From the human T2T-CHM13v2.0 reference genome, Homo sapiens, in NCBI RefSeq assembly GCF_009914755.1, contig NC_060933.1: 64,000 bases of DNA. One strand, 5' to 3'. Each line of letters starts with the position of its first letter. Positions within the stretch are counted from its first letter, which is position 1. The position numbers and the translations under genes were made by a program. The notes under the pieces were generated by a model. It was not told the origin of the DNA. It worked only from the letters and a program-made list of their open reading frames with translations, and did not search any database. Of the stretch, positions 24,621 through 37,245 are shown piece by piece.

Positions 24621-26289
24621 CCAGATGAGGCAGTAGATAGATCCTATTTGAAAATTTAGAATAGAGAGGTAGCCACTAAACTTCTGAAATGTGATGAAAG
24701 CTTTATAAAGTGAAAGAAATTTTCATGTGCTATTCCTAATATCTACTACATATGTACAATATGTAATATTGATTCAATTTATAGGTAGTTCTTGGGACAT
24801 GTGTAGATTTCTCAAATCCTTGTCACAACTTCACAGGGTGGTTCCCTCCCCACCAACAACCATCCCACCTCACACCGATTCCCAGGATGATGCCCTTCTG
24901 GGAAATACCTGATTACTCAATAACTACTGGTACATATTTGTATTTTCTGTAAAGACATATGAATACAGAATATGTGGTATTAGAAAATATAATTTTTTCT
25001 ACAATAAAAATCTACTACTCATTTAATAAAAGAATACAAGAGCAACTTCAATAACTGAGAAAATGCATTTCTCAGACAATACACACATACTTTCTTAGAA
25101 AAGAAAATGCATTTTCCCAGTTATTAAAGTTGTTCTTCTATCCTTTCAGCTGTTAATAAAGTATAGTTAATAAAATAAGCTTTTAACCAAATTATAACAA
25201 TTTTATCCTTTGGAATGTAAAAACTATAATGTTTTTGTTTATTCCTTTTTCTGAGACATTCCTATAACTTCTTTAGTTTTTATATTATTCTTGTCAGACA
25301 GGACAAATATAGTAGTTATTGGATCTACTCAATTGAGTGACAAAAACCTATGTTTTGCTCCCTAGTCAAGAAAGTCAACATTAGTGTAAACAGCCCTGAA
25401 GCAGGCAACATGTAGGCATCTCATAATTTCTCAGCTCTTTGGCTCCTTGCCACCCATAGTCATGAAGAGGAGCTGGTGATCATAGCAGTATCATTCTCAC
25501 TCTGGAATCTGACCCAAGACAACAGTTCTGTAAAACAAGCCTGTTCAAAGTCTCCAATAACCAAAGCAGATTCTATTCTGTTGTCACTTTCTAGATGGTC
25601 ACAAACCCTCCAAGTCCTTGTAGACTTTAGGGTTTAATTTAAGACTTCTAATCACTGTTTCATTGTTTTTCTAGAGCTAACTACTTGAAGCTCCATCCAA
25701 TTTCCCTGTCACTTCTAAGTTATTCTAAGAGAGTCATTACTGCTGAATGACTATTATATTAAATGGAAACAGTCTGTACCCAGGATGATTTGATCTAAAT
25801 AGGCCACTTTCCCTGATCATGTGTGTCTCTGGGTATGCTAATGTCTTTGGGATGGAAAGGGTGTATTGAATGAAAGTTTTCCCATGAGAATTCCCATGTC
25901 GAGACCCATACTGCCTAATGCCAGTTCTCAGGGACAATTCTCCACTGCCAATCTCAAATTGCATATTGTTAATGTGCACCATTAAGATTAATCTTTGCTT
26001 TTGCTGTCAGTTCTTATTTAAAGGCCCACATTTTCTTTGCTGCAGTTAAATCTAGTTATGAAATCTTCCTTGATTTTGAGGCTCTCACGCCACCTTAAAT
26101 TGATTGGCCTTAATGTGAGGATCGAGTGTGTGAGGAGGAGATTAAAATCCATCTGAATGCACAATTCAGTTAATACAGATGAAACTGGATTCTTTTATAG
26201 ATTCTTTAAAGAAAGTATGGCCCCAGAATTTTATTACACATAAATTTATAATGTGCTTGGTCAAATATACATAACACAAGAGAAGAAAA

Positions 26290-26535
26290 CTACCATTGAC
26301 TGAAGACCTATCATATATGGACATGGTGTGGGCTCACAGCTTTTATATACATTGACTCATTTAATGCAACCCTATGGAGAAATTCGTATCTTCTCCAGGT
26401 TATAAATAAGGAACATAAATATTACAGAGATAACTAACTTACCCAAAGTGACAAAGCTATTAAGGATAATGGCAAAACAAAAAGAAAAACAAACAGGAGT
26501 TTCTGGTTCTTCTGCAGGTGATTTTGTCCCTACAA
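26290..26535 (-). mobile_element. MIR SINE
   Basis: TACCATTGACTGAAG...CTCATTTAATGCAACCCTATG...TAACTTACCCAAAGTGACAAAGCTA. Confidence 0.65.
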
Positions 26536-29192
26536 CACACAGAACAAGAAGTTAGGAGCTTTCAAAGTTATTTCTAATTTTCCCAACTAATTAGTGTATG
26601 TAAGAATTACGGCCTACGAGTTCACAAAACTTAGCACAGAATGCTAAACAGTTGTTTTTAGACATGTATAGGTCATGTCTAATTCCAAAGGATGTAAAGA
26701 AGTAAGCAGGTGATTCATTAGGATTCATTTATTACTCATCTCAGGAGTCATTATTCATTAATTTCAGCGGAGGAGATTCTGTTTTCACCATGTAGTCATT
26801 CCTATCAAAAAAAAAGGATTGTGGGTAGGAATTTTCACTGGTGTGCTTAAGGGTCTATTTTACTATTTATATTTCCTCTAAAGAACATGAGCTCTTCACA
26901 CTCATTGAAGATGGGCATCCTAGGTCTGAGTCTTAAGGAAATTCACAGGTGACCAGCTTCCCTCTAATGCAGAAATATGACTCTGAGTACCTGGTGGCAG
27001 CAGTTTGGTTAACTCTTAGCACAGTGTGCAAAAGATTGGACTTGAGAAGAACAGAGATATTTCTTACCCTTGCTGAGGCTATCTAGAGTCAAAGACACCA
27101 AGGCACAACTTTATAAACCTAAGGTCTGGGATAGTATAATTATTCAATTAATGCTTACGGAAAAAGAGGCGAAAGGGGGATGGAGGAAGAGAAGAAAGAT
27201 ACAATAGTTTAACTTCAAAGATACAGCAGCTACAGAGGGCAGAGCAAGATGACAGAATAGAAAGTTGTACCAATCACCCTTCCTACAAGGACACCAAGTA
27301 AACAATGACCTACACAGAAAGAACACCTTCATGAGAACCAAAAATCAGGTGAGCACTAACAGTACGTGGTTGTAGCTTCATATCACTGAGAGTCACTGAA
27401 GAGATTTAAAAAAAAAACCCTCTCCCACCCCCGGCAGTTTTGGCATGGTGCAGAGAGCATCTCTGGGCACTGAGGGATGGAAAACACAGCAATTGTGAGG
27501 CACTGAACTCAGTAGTGTCCTGTTAGAGCAGAAAGGAAAACTGGACCAAACTCAGTGACACCTGTCCATGGAGGGAGCACTTAAACCAGCCCTAGCCCTA
27601 GACAGAGGGCAATTACTGATCCCAGGTATCTGAACTTGGGTTTTTGCAAACCTCACCACCAAGGGCTATGCTCTGTGTCTCCAAGTACACTTCAAAGGCT
27701 ATATAGGCCATAAGGACTGCAACTCTTGGTGAGTCCTAGTACTGAACTAGTCCCAGAGACCGTGGACTTGGGGCCACTGGACATAAAGAGACACCAGCTG
27801 GGGCAGCTGATGGAGTGTTGACATTATCCCTCACCAAACCCCAAGCTGCACAGCTTGTGGCTCCAAAAAAGATCCCTTCCTACTGCTTAAAAAGAGAATA
27901 ATTAAGACTGGGTAGGACTTGCATCTAGGATATCAGCCCAGCTATAGCAGGATAGGGCACCAATCAGTCATGAGGCCCTGGTTTCAGGCCCTAGTTCCCC
28001 AATGACATTTCTAGATACACCCTGGGCCAGAAGGGAATCTACTGCCTTGAAGAAAAGGACCCAATCCTGGAAGCAATTATCACCTGCTAGCTGAAGAGCC
28101 TTTGGGCCCTGAATAGCCAGCAGCAATACCCAGATACTATGTCAAGGGCCTTGGGTGAATGTCTGAGACTTGGTGTCTTCAGATGAAACTCAGCACATAA
28201 CCAGCAATGGTAGGTATGGGGCAAAACTCCTGCTTGAAAGAAGTAGAGGGAAAAGTAAAGGGGACTTTGTCTTGCACCTCAAGTACCAGCATGGCCACAG
28301 GGGAGTAGAACACCAAGCGGGCTCTTGGGGCCCTTGATTCCAGAACTTGACTCTTGGACAGCATTTCTCGATCAACTCTGGGCCAGAATTAAGCCCACTG
28401 CCCTGAAGGGTGAGTCCAAGGCCAGACAGCATTCATGACAAGCTGACTTTAGAGACCTTGGGCCTTAAGGGAACATTGGCAGTAGTCTGGCAGTACTCCT
28501 CATGGCCTCAGGTGGGAGTGGCTATGGGTGAGGCTCTTCTGCTTTTGGAAAGGGGAAGGAAGAGTGGGAAGGACTGTTGTGTGCTTTGAGTGCCAACACC
28601 AGGTAGACTTCTAAGGTTTTTGACTCTAGTCCCTGATTCCCAGATGGCACTTCTGGACCCATCTGGGGTTCAGAGGACCTTAACACCCTGAAGGGAAAGA
28701 CACAGGCCTGGCTGGCTTTGCCATCTGCTGATTGCAGCGCTCCAGGGCCTTGAGTGGGCATAGGCAGTAGCTAGGGAGTGGTTACAGCAGGCCTTGGGTG
28801 AGTCCCAGAACTGTGCTGATTTCAGGTCTGACCCAGTGCAGTCATAGTTGTGGTGGCCACAGGGATGCTTGTGTCCCTGTACCCTCTGCTTTAGGTGGCT
28901 CAGAACAGAGAGAGAGAGATATTCTGTACGATTGGGAGAAAGTAAAGGAAGGGAACAAGAGTCTCTGCCTGGTAATCCAGAGAGTTCTCCTGGATCTTGT
29001 CTAAGACTATCAAGTGGTACCTCTACAAGTCTGCAAGAACCACAGTGTTACTGGGCTTGGGGTGTCCCCTGAAGCAGAAATAGCTTAGATGACAACACTG
29101 AAGTCCTTTCAAATGTCTGAAAAGCCTTCCCAAGAAGGATGGCTACAAATAAGCCCAGACAGTGAAGACTACAATAAATATCTAACCCTTCA

Positions 29193-30163
29193 ATGCCCGG
29201 AAATTAAAGAATATCTACTAGCATCAATACCATCCAGGAAAACATGGCCTCACCAACTGAACTAAATAAGACACCAAGGACCAATCCTGGAGAACAGAGG
29301 TGTGTGACCTTTCAGACAGATAATTTAAAATAGCTTTGTTGAGGAAACTCAAAGAAATTCAATATAACACAGAAAAGGAATTCAGAATTGTATCAGATAA
29401 ATTTAACAAAGACATTGAAATAATTAAAAAGAATCAAGCAGAAATTCTGGAGCTGAAAAATGTAATTGGCATACTGAAGAATGCATCAGAGTCCTTTAAT
29501 AGGAGAGTTGATCAAGCAGAAGAGACAGAAGAGAGAATTAGTGAGCTTGAAGGTAGACTATTAGAAAATACACAGTCAAAGGAGACAAAAGGAAAAAGAA
29601 TAAAAAACAATAAAACACATCTACAGGATCTAGAAAATAGCCTCAAAAGGACAAATCTAAAAGTTATTGACCTTAAAGAGAAGATAGAGAAAGAAATAGG
29701 GGTAGAAAGTTTATTCAAGGGGATAATAACAGAGAACTTCCCAAATCTAGAGAAAGAATCCATATCCAAGTATAAGAAGGTTACAGAACACCAAGCAGAT
29801 TTAACCAAAAGAAGACTACCTTAAAGGTATTTAATAATTAAACTTCCAAAGGTCAAGAATAAATTAAGGATTCTAAAAGCGGCAAGAGAAAATAAATAAA
29901 TAGCATACAACGAAGCTCCAATATGTCTGTCAGTAGACTTTTCAGTGAAAACCTTACAGGCCAGGAGAGAGTGGCATGACATATTTAAAGTGCTGGAGGA
30001 AAAAAACTTTTTTACCTTAGAATAATATATCTGGTGAAAATATCCTTCAAACCTGAAGGAGAAATAGACTTTCTCAGACAAACAAAAGCTGAGGGATTTC
30101 ATCAATACCAGACCTGTCCTACAAGAAATGCTAATGGGAGCACTTCAATCAGAAAGAAAATGA
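29193..30163 (+). pseudogene. Disrupted L1 ORF1 (coiled-coil and RRM remnant)
   Basis: ORF 29336..29824 gives EIIKKNQAEILELKN...EERISELE...LFKGIITENFPNLEK, typical of L1 ORF1p; broken by stops and frameshifts. Confidence 0.9.
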
Positions 30164-30672
30164 CATTGATGAGCAAATAATCACCTGAAGGTACAAAACT
30201 CACTAGTAATAGTTAAGTACACAGAAAAACAGAATATTTTAACACTAACTGTGGTGTGTAAACTACCCTTACGCTAAAAAAAAAAACTAAACAATGAACT
30301 GATCAAAAATGGTAACTACAACAACTTTCCAAGACATAGTCAATACAATAAGAGATAATTAGACACTAGAAAAAGTTTAAAGTTGGGTGACGAAGTTAAG
30401 ACATATAGTTTTTATTTGTTTTCTTTTTGCTCGTTTCCTTCTTTGTTTATGCATGTAGTGTTAGGTTGTTTTCTGGTTAAAATAGTGGGTTATAAGATAA
30501 TATTTGAAAGCCTCATGGTAATCTCAAACCAAAAAACATACAATGGGAACACAAGAAATAAAAAGCAAAAAACTAAATTATATCACCAGAGAAAATCAAA
30601 TTTACTAGAGGAGGACAGGAAGGAAAGAGAGAAGGAAGACAAGATCATAAAACAACCAGAAAACAAATAAAA

Positions 30673-32560
30673 ATGATAGGAATAAGTCTTTACTTCTCAG
30701 TGATAACATTGACTGTAAATGGAGTAAAGTCTCCAATTAAAAGGCAGGGACTGACTGAAAGGATGAAAAAACAAGACCCATTGCTTTGTTGCCTACAAGA
30801 AACACACTTAACCTACAAAAACACATGTAGACTGAAAAGAAAGGAATGGAAAAAGATATTCCATGCCAATGGAAACCAAAAAAAGAGCAGGAGTTGCTAT
30901 ACTTATATCAGACAAAATAGGTTTCAAGACCAAAACTATAGGAAGAGACAAAGAAAGTCACTGTATAATGATAAAGGAGTCAATTCAGCAAGAGGATATC
31001 ACAAATTTAAATATACATACACTGAACAACCAGATATATAAAGGCAATATTATTAGAGCTAAAAAGAGAGGTAGATCATGACACAATAATAGAATAGGGT
31101 ATCCACTTCAACACCCCATTTTCAGCATTGGATAGATCTTCCAGACAGAAAATCAACACAGAAACATCAGACTTAATCTGCAGTATCAATCAAATGGATC
31201 CAATAGATATTTACAGAGCATTGCATCCAAGAGCTGCAGAATACACATTCTTTTCCTCAGCACATGGATCATTCTCACTGATGCAAAAATTCTCAACAAA
31301 GTGCTAGCAAATCAAATTCAACAATACATATCAAAGATCATTTATCATGACCAAATGGAATTTATCCCTGGGATGCAAGGATGGTTTGACATATGCAAAT
31401 CAATCGATGTGATACATCACATCAACAGAATGAAGGATAAAAACAATATGATCATTTCAATTGATGCTGAAAAAGTATTTGATAAAATTCAACATCCCTT
31501 CATGAAGAACACCCTCAAAAAACTACGGAAAGACGGAACACACCTCAACATAATAAAGCTATATATGACTGACCCACAGCTAGTATCACACTGTATAGGG
31601 AAAAACTGAAAGCTTTCCCTCTAAGATCTGGAACACAGCAAGGATGTTCACTGTCAACATTGTTATTTAACATAGTACTGGAAGTCCTGCTTAGAGAAAT
31701 TAGACAAGAGAAAGATATAAAAGGCATCCAAATTGGAAAGAAATAAGTAAATTTATCCTTGTTTGCAGATAATATGATCTTATATTTAGAAAAACCTAAA
31801 GACTTCACAAGAAACGATTGGAACTGATAAACAAATTCAGTAAAGATGCAGGATACAAAATCAACATACAAAAATCAATAGCATTTCTATATACCAACAA
31901 TGAAAAATATGAAAAGGAAATCAAAAAGTAATCTCATTTACAATAGTCACACATAAAACTAAATACCTAGGAATTAACTTGACCAAAGAAGTGAAGGATC
32001 TTTCTAATGAAAAAAATAGGCAAAAGATTTGAAGAAACATTTCTAAAAAAAAATATACAAATGGCAAACAGGTGTATGAAGGGTGGTCAACATCATTTAT
32101 CATCAGAGAAATGCAAATCAAAACCCAAATGACATATCATCTCATCTCAGTTATAATGGCTTATATCCAAAAGACAGACAAAAACAAATGCTAACGAGAA
32201 TGTGGAGAAAAGATAACTCTTTCTGTTGGTGAGAATACAAATTAGCACAACAACTATGGAGAACAGTTTGGAGGTTCCTCAAAAAACTTAAAAATTGAGC
32301 TACCACATGACCCCACAATCCCACTACTGGGAATATACCCAAAGAAAGGAAATCAGTATATTGAAGAGATAGCTTCACTCCTATGTTTGTTGCAGCACTG
32401 TTGACCATAGATAAGATTTGGAAGCATCTCAGGTGTCCATAAACAGATGAATGGATAAAAAAACTATGGTACACATACATAATGGAGTACTATTCAGCCA
32501 TAAAAAAGAATAAATGGAACATGGACCGTACTGGAGATCAATATATTAAGTGAAATAAGC
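30673..32560 (+). pseudogene. Disrupted L1 ORF2 (EN, partial RT and C-terminal remnants)
   Basis: ITLTVNGVKSPIKR...CCLQETHL (endonuclease); FIPGMQGWF...[17 protein letters not shown] (RT); two deletions of about 1 kb and many stops. Confidence 0.9.
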
Positions 32561-33654
32561 CAGGCACAGAAAGACAAACATCACATCTTCTCACTTACTT
32601 GTGGAATCTAAAAATCAAATCAATTGAACTCATGGACATAGAGAGTAGGATGGTTACCAGAGGCTGGGAAGAGTAATGGGGAGTGGGTGGGGGAGAGGTG
32701 GGGATGGTTAATGCATACACAAAATAGAAATAATAAATAAGACCTACTTTGTGACAGCACAATAGGTGACTATAGTCAACAATAATTGTACATTTAAAAA
32801 TAAAGAATGTAATTGAATTGTTTGTAACTCAAACGATAAATGCTCAAGGGGATGGATACCTCATTCTCCATAATATGCTTATTTCACATTGCACTTCTAT
32901 ATCGAAACATCTCATGTACCCCATAAATATATACACCTACTATGTACTCACAAATTTTTTTAAAAAAATTTAAAAAGATATAAAAGGAAACATTTTTCCT
33001 TTAAAAAAAAGTCTAATTAAAGCCCTGTTTAAGATATCAGGTTGAACACACTCACTTAACCTCAGCTCTCTCTTTCCCAAAATCTACTTAAATGCCATTA
33101 GACGCTACAATGTTTTTGTTATTGTTTGTCTGTCTGTCTACCTACTAATTTGTTTTAAGGTATAAAGATTCAAGGACAAGGAAAAGAAAGAGGAGCTAAG
33201 AGTAACAGCATTTTGAAAAATGGAAAGTAACTGAATGAGTTAGTGACAGACTTAGCAGAATCCTAAGATGGAAGAAGATGTAATTTCAAAATAACAGGAA
33301 CAAAGAAAAGATCCCCCAAGTTGCAAAAAAGAGACATAGTTTTCATATAAAAGGTCAATAATTATATTGGCATCCTAATTGTAAACAGAAATCTTAGAAC
33401 CAAAGGAAAATTGTGCAATGCCTTTAAATTTTAAGGGAAAATGTGCCCTTTCCAGATGATTATACCAAACTAAGCTATCAATTAAATGTGTTGACAGAAC
33501 AAAGCCATTTCTAGACATTCAAAACTTCTTTAAAAATTATCACCATATTTTATTCCTCATGACACTACTACAGAATGTGCTCCATCAAAATAAGAGAATA
33601 AAGCAAAGATGAGGCATGTGACCTGGGAAATAGCGCCACCAACATTACAATGCA

Positions 33655-34272
33655 CACAGAATGTTGAATACCACATGATTCCATGCATATGAGGCATCTA
33701 AAATAGTCAAACTCATAGAAGCAGAGAATAGAATGACAGTTGACAGGGGCTGGAGAAGGGGGAAATGGAGCGTTGCTGTTCAATGGGTGTAAAATTTCAG
33801 TTAGGCAAGATGAAAAGTACTGGAGATCTGATGTACAACACGGTATCTGTATTAGTCCATTTTCACACTGCTATAAAGAATGATCCGAGACTGGGTAATT
33901 TATAAAGAAAATAAGTTTAATGGACTCACAGTTCTGCTTGACTGGGGAAGCCTCAGGAAACTTACAATTATGGCAGAAGGCAAAGGGGCAGCAAAGACCT
34001 TCTTCACATGACTACAGGAAGGAGAGAGCTAGCAAGAGCCAGGGAAACTGCCTTATAAAACCATCAGATCTCATGAGAACTCATTCACTATGAGAACAGC
34101 ATGGGGGAACCACCCCCGTGATCTCTCTCTAAACACTGGGAATTACAATTCAAGATGAGATTTGAGTGGGGGCACAAAGCCTAATCATATCAGTATCTGT
34201 TGGTAATACTGTATTGCAACTTAAAATTTTATTAAGCGGGTAAATCTCAGATTAAGTGTTCTTGCCACAACA
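33655..34272 (+). mobile_element. L1MB1/2-like 3' end, interrupted by THE1D
   Basis: ATGAGGCATCTAAAATAGTCAAACTCATAGAAGCAGAG...CAAGATGAAAAGTACTGGAGATCTG, then AATACTGTATTG...TAAGTGTTCTTGCCACA. Confidence 0.85.
33848..34192 (-). mobile_element. MaLR solo LTR, THE1D
   Basis: TGTATTAGTCCATTTTCACACTGCTATAAAG...GCCTCAGGAAACTTACAAT...CATATCA; perfect TSD GTATC (33843-33847 / 34193-34197). Confidence 0.93.
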
Positions 34273-34365
34273 ATAACAACCTCAGCAAAACCAAGAGAAG
34301 CTCAGGTTAATAGCGAAGGCAAATTACCAGCTGACTCCTTGAAGAAGCCCTGGAGAATAACTATT

Positions 34366-34784
34366 TGTTTTAAGTGGGGTTCTCCAGAAACAGATGCGGA
34401 GAAGGAATTGGCATGCAGGCTATTTATTAGAGACCATTGCGTCTAAGGGATTGGAAAGAAAGGAGAGGGCAGAATCGAGATTGAGCAGAGGGAGAAGGTG
34501 AATTATGATGCAGACACAACAAAGCTTCGGCCAACCCCTCAGGGAGCTCTGGAGCATTACAGCCAAGTAAAGTTGTCCCACGGTGGGCTGAAGTGACTTT
34601 TATAGCCTTCTCATTATCAGTCATTGGATATGGGAAGGGCATGCTCTAGGGCAAGAGAGCTGTCTGCAGCCAAGGAAGAAGATGAAGAAGGTAACAGCTA
34701 TCTGTTGACTCATTCTCAGCAACTGGAATAACAAGTCCCTCCTAGAAGTGGCTTCTAGACAATGCATCTACCATGTCCACCACA
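34366..34784 (-). mobile_element. ERVL solo LTR, LTR16 family
   Basis: GGGGTTCTCCAGAAACAGA...TATTTATT...GCCAACCCCTCAGGGAGCTCTGGAGC...GTCCACCACA. Confidence 0.7.
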
Positions 34785-35529
34785 CTGGTCTACATTGGAG
34801 CTGGTGAAAAGAGTACAGAAGAACATCCTTCCAAGATATGAAATTAGTAGAATGCCTAACATGTTTTAAATTTACACAACAGGGGATAAGATTGGGGATG
34901 AATTAATGATGATTACATAGAAACCTAAGCAAAAGATAAAAACAAGATTAATTCCAAAGGCAACAAAATATTGTGCACGAAAAGTAATCACACAATACTT
35001 CATGCTCAGATATAAATCATTTTTATATGGCCATAAAATTATATTGAGAGAATGCGGGAATGAGAAATATGAATAAAGGTAAATCCTCATATACAATAAT
35101 GGGGAATCAATAGTCATACTTAAAATGATTTTTACAAATCAAGATGTAGCAACATAAGCTTGATTTAAATACATGAAAATATATGCTAAAAGATTCTATT
35201 AGAAGGGTTGCAAGTGGTGGCCTCTGTGTGCAGGAACATAGGAGCAGAGGCTTTTCATAGAAATACGTACTTGTGTAGCTTTGATAAAACAGAACCTAAA
35301 TTTCTATTACATTCTGGGCTTCCAGATATGGAAAATGTTAGGGTCTGGCTCTTACTCTATTTTCCCCACCCCATTTCAAAAGGGCAGCCAGGGTCATTCT
35401 CTTGCCTACAGTCAATCTTCTCCCAGGCTCTTGGCTTCCAAAAGTGAGACCTTCAGAAAGCTTTGCTGAGGAGATTGGAGCAGTGAGTGCCTTTGAGTGG
35501 AGAACAGAGGCTCACAAAAGTATAGAGGA

Positions 35530-35815
35530 GGCCGGGCACGGTGGCTCACGCCTGTAGTCCCACCACTTTGGGAGGCCAAGGCGGGCGGATCATGAGGTCA
35601 GGAGATCGAGACCATCCTGGCTAACACAGTGAAACCCCGTCTCTACTAAAAATACCAAAAATTAGCCAGGCGTGGTGGCGGGTGCCTGTAGTCACTGCTG
35701 CTCGGGAGGCTGAGGCATGGCGTGAACCGGGGAGGCAAAGCTTACAGTGAGCCGAGATTGCACCACTGCACTCCAGCCTGGGCGACAGAGCGAGACTCCA
35801 TCTCAAAAAAAAGAA
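35530..35815 (+). mobile_element. AluY with a small deletion in the right arm
   Basis: GATCGAGACCATCCTGGCTAACAC and GGCGTGAACC; 14-bp TSD AAAAGTATAGAGGA (35516-35529 / 35816-35829). Confidence 0.95.
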
Positions 35816-36379
35816 AAAAGTATAGAGGAGAGAGGATTTCTATAGCACAAGAGGTGATGAGATCTGAGAGGTCCTGTGAGTGTCCTGTCACTGGAGCTCC
35901 TAGGCAAAGCAACGATTTTGGAATCAAGCTTGCTATGGAAGCTTCAGATCTCCCCGAACTAAGATATTTTGTGGACTTGGATGATGAGAACATCAACAGT
36001 GCCCATGAGAGCCTGAGGAAATAGATCTCAACCCCAATTCCCCAGCTCCACTTAATAGTCTAATATTTCCTTGACATTCTGTGAATTACAAGTGTTCTAT
36101 ATAACTATGGTATTAGTGTCATTATTACTAATTATAATACCAAACAAGAGGGCTGAATAGTTTTTATTTAGTGACCATTAAACCTGTTTTAGAGAAAATT
36201 CTGCCTGCCTATATATAATCTTCTGGACTATCTTGTACCAGAATATATTAATATATGGCTAGCAAGAGTCACGCTCCACTTCATCAGCTCTTATTCAGTA
36301 AGTGGAATGATCAAAGAAAAGATTATCATGCCCCTGAAAACAACCTGGATATTTATCAAATTTCCCATATTCCTGGATT

Positions 36380-36700
36380 TGGGGCTTTGCACGTGTTTTC
36401 CTGGCTTCCTGAACCAATCTTACCCCACTCGCTGAAGAATTGCAGCTTCTCACTGCAGCTTAAATGTTACCCTATACCTAGGTTTTCCAGGACCGGAATC
36501 ACTCTGTCCTAAGTTCACTGTTGCTCTCAGCTGAGCTACTCAACATGTCAGACAAGCTCTAATTATTTTGTGTATTCATTTATCTCTCTCCCTACTCAAA
36601 AGCCATTTCCAGGCAACCAAAGGCCTTGCCTGTCCTTTTCACACTGTATCCAGGGACTTGGTAGGTGCTCAATGAATATTTATTGATTTTAAAAGTAAAT
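36380..36700 (+). mobile_element. L2 3' end
   Basis: GGGCTTTGCACGTG...CAGCTTAAATGTTACC...TTCACACTGTATCC...GTAGGTGCTCAATGAATATTT. Confidence 0.7.
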
Positions 36701-37009
36701 GAGTTCACAGCTAACAAAATGAGGTAACCTCCTGATTTTCTGGTTGTATTTCAAAGTTCATAGTTAAAATGTCAATAGTGGTAGCTGTCTTACTTAGTTA
36801 CCACAAGCATGTGACTGAGCACTCTGTTCTTTGCATACTAAAAGAAGCAGTTGAACTTTAAAGCCTACTATACAGATAAGAGCTCCTGTATCCTAGACTA
36901 TGCTTTCCTAAATTCCAAAACTGAGAGCCACAGTGTTCATCATTCACCATGTGCCAGCCATTCTGCCAAAGTAGGAATTGATAGAGCAAAGAGCAAAAAT
37001 ATGAATAAA

Positions 37010-37245
37010 CTATTACTATCATTTATTGAGCTTTTGCTGCATACAGGGTACTTACTATATTTGTCATCCTCAAAACAACTCTGAGAAGGAGCTGTTTCTT
37101 TTTTAATCTGACTCTAAAACAAGAAAACAGAGACTCAGAAGAGTCTTGTCTGAAGAATACACAGCAAGTAATTATCCGAGTGTTGAAGATGAAAACTCAG
37201 GTCTGTCACTTCTAATGCTGGTGCTCTTTCCACCCTAAAATGCCA
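37010..37245 (-). mobile_element. MIR SINE
   Basis: CATTTATTGAGC...CATCCTCAAAACAACTCTGAGAAGG...AGAAAACAGAGACTCAGA. Confidence 0.65.

Larger units (their letters stand above)
27235..32976 (+). mobile_element. L1MA1/L1MA2-like LINE-1 with 5' UTR, ORF1, internally deleted ORF2 and 3' UTR
   Basis: 5' start GAGGGCAGAGCAAGATGACAGAATAG; ORF1- and ORF2-like peptides in the ORF track; 3' end CATCTCATGTACCCCATAAATATATACACCTACTATGTAC followed by an A-rich tail. Confidence 0.93.
33290..35290 (+). mobile_element. HAL1-like ancient element, split by nested insertions
   Basis: GCAATGCCTTTAAATTTTAAGGGAAAAT...AAGCTATCAATTAAATGTG...AATGTGCTCCATCAAAATAAGAG; colinear pieces appear to resume at about 34300 and 34787. 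Confidence 0.55.

Noticed and set aside
32677-32704. G-rich tract with G4 potential
   Set aside because: It is the ordinary polypurine tract of the L1 3' UTR.
27235-32976. The long L1 as an active element
   Set aside because: It belongs to an old subfamily, has many stops and frameshifts, and carries two large ORF2 deletions.
35820-36024. Protein-looking frame ...ASDLPELRYFVDLDDENINSAHESLRK
   Set aside because: The ORF starts inside an Alu. Removing the Alu leaves an upstream stop, and I recognise no homologue or convincing splice sites.
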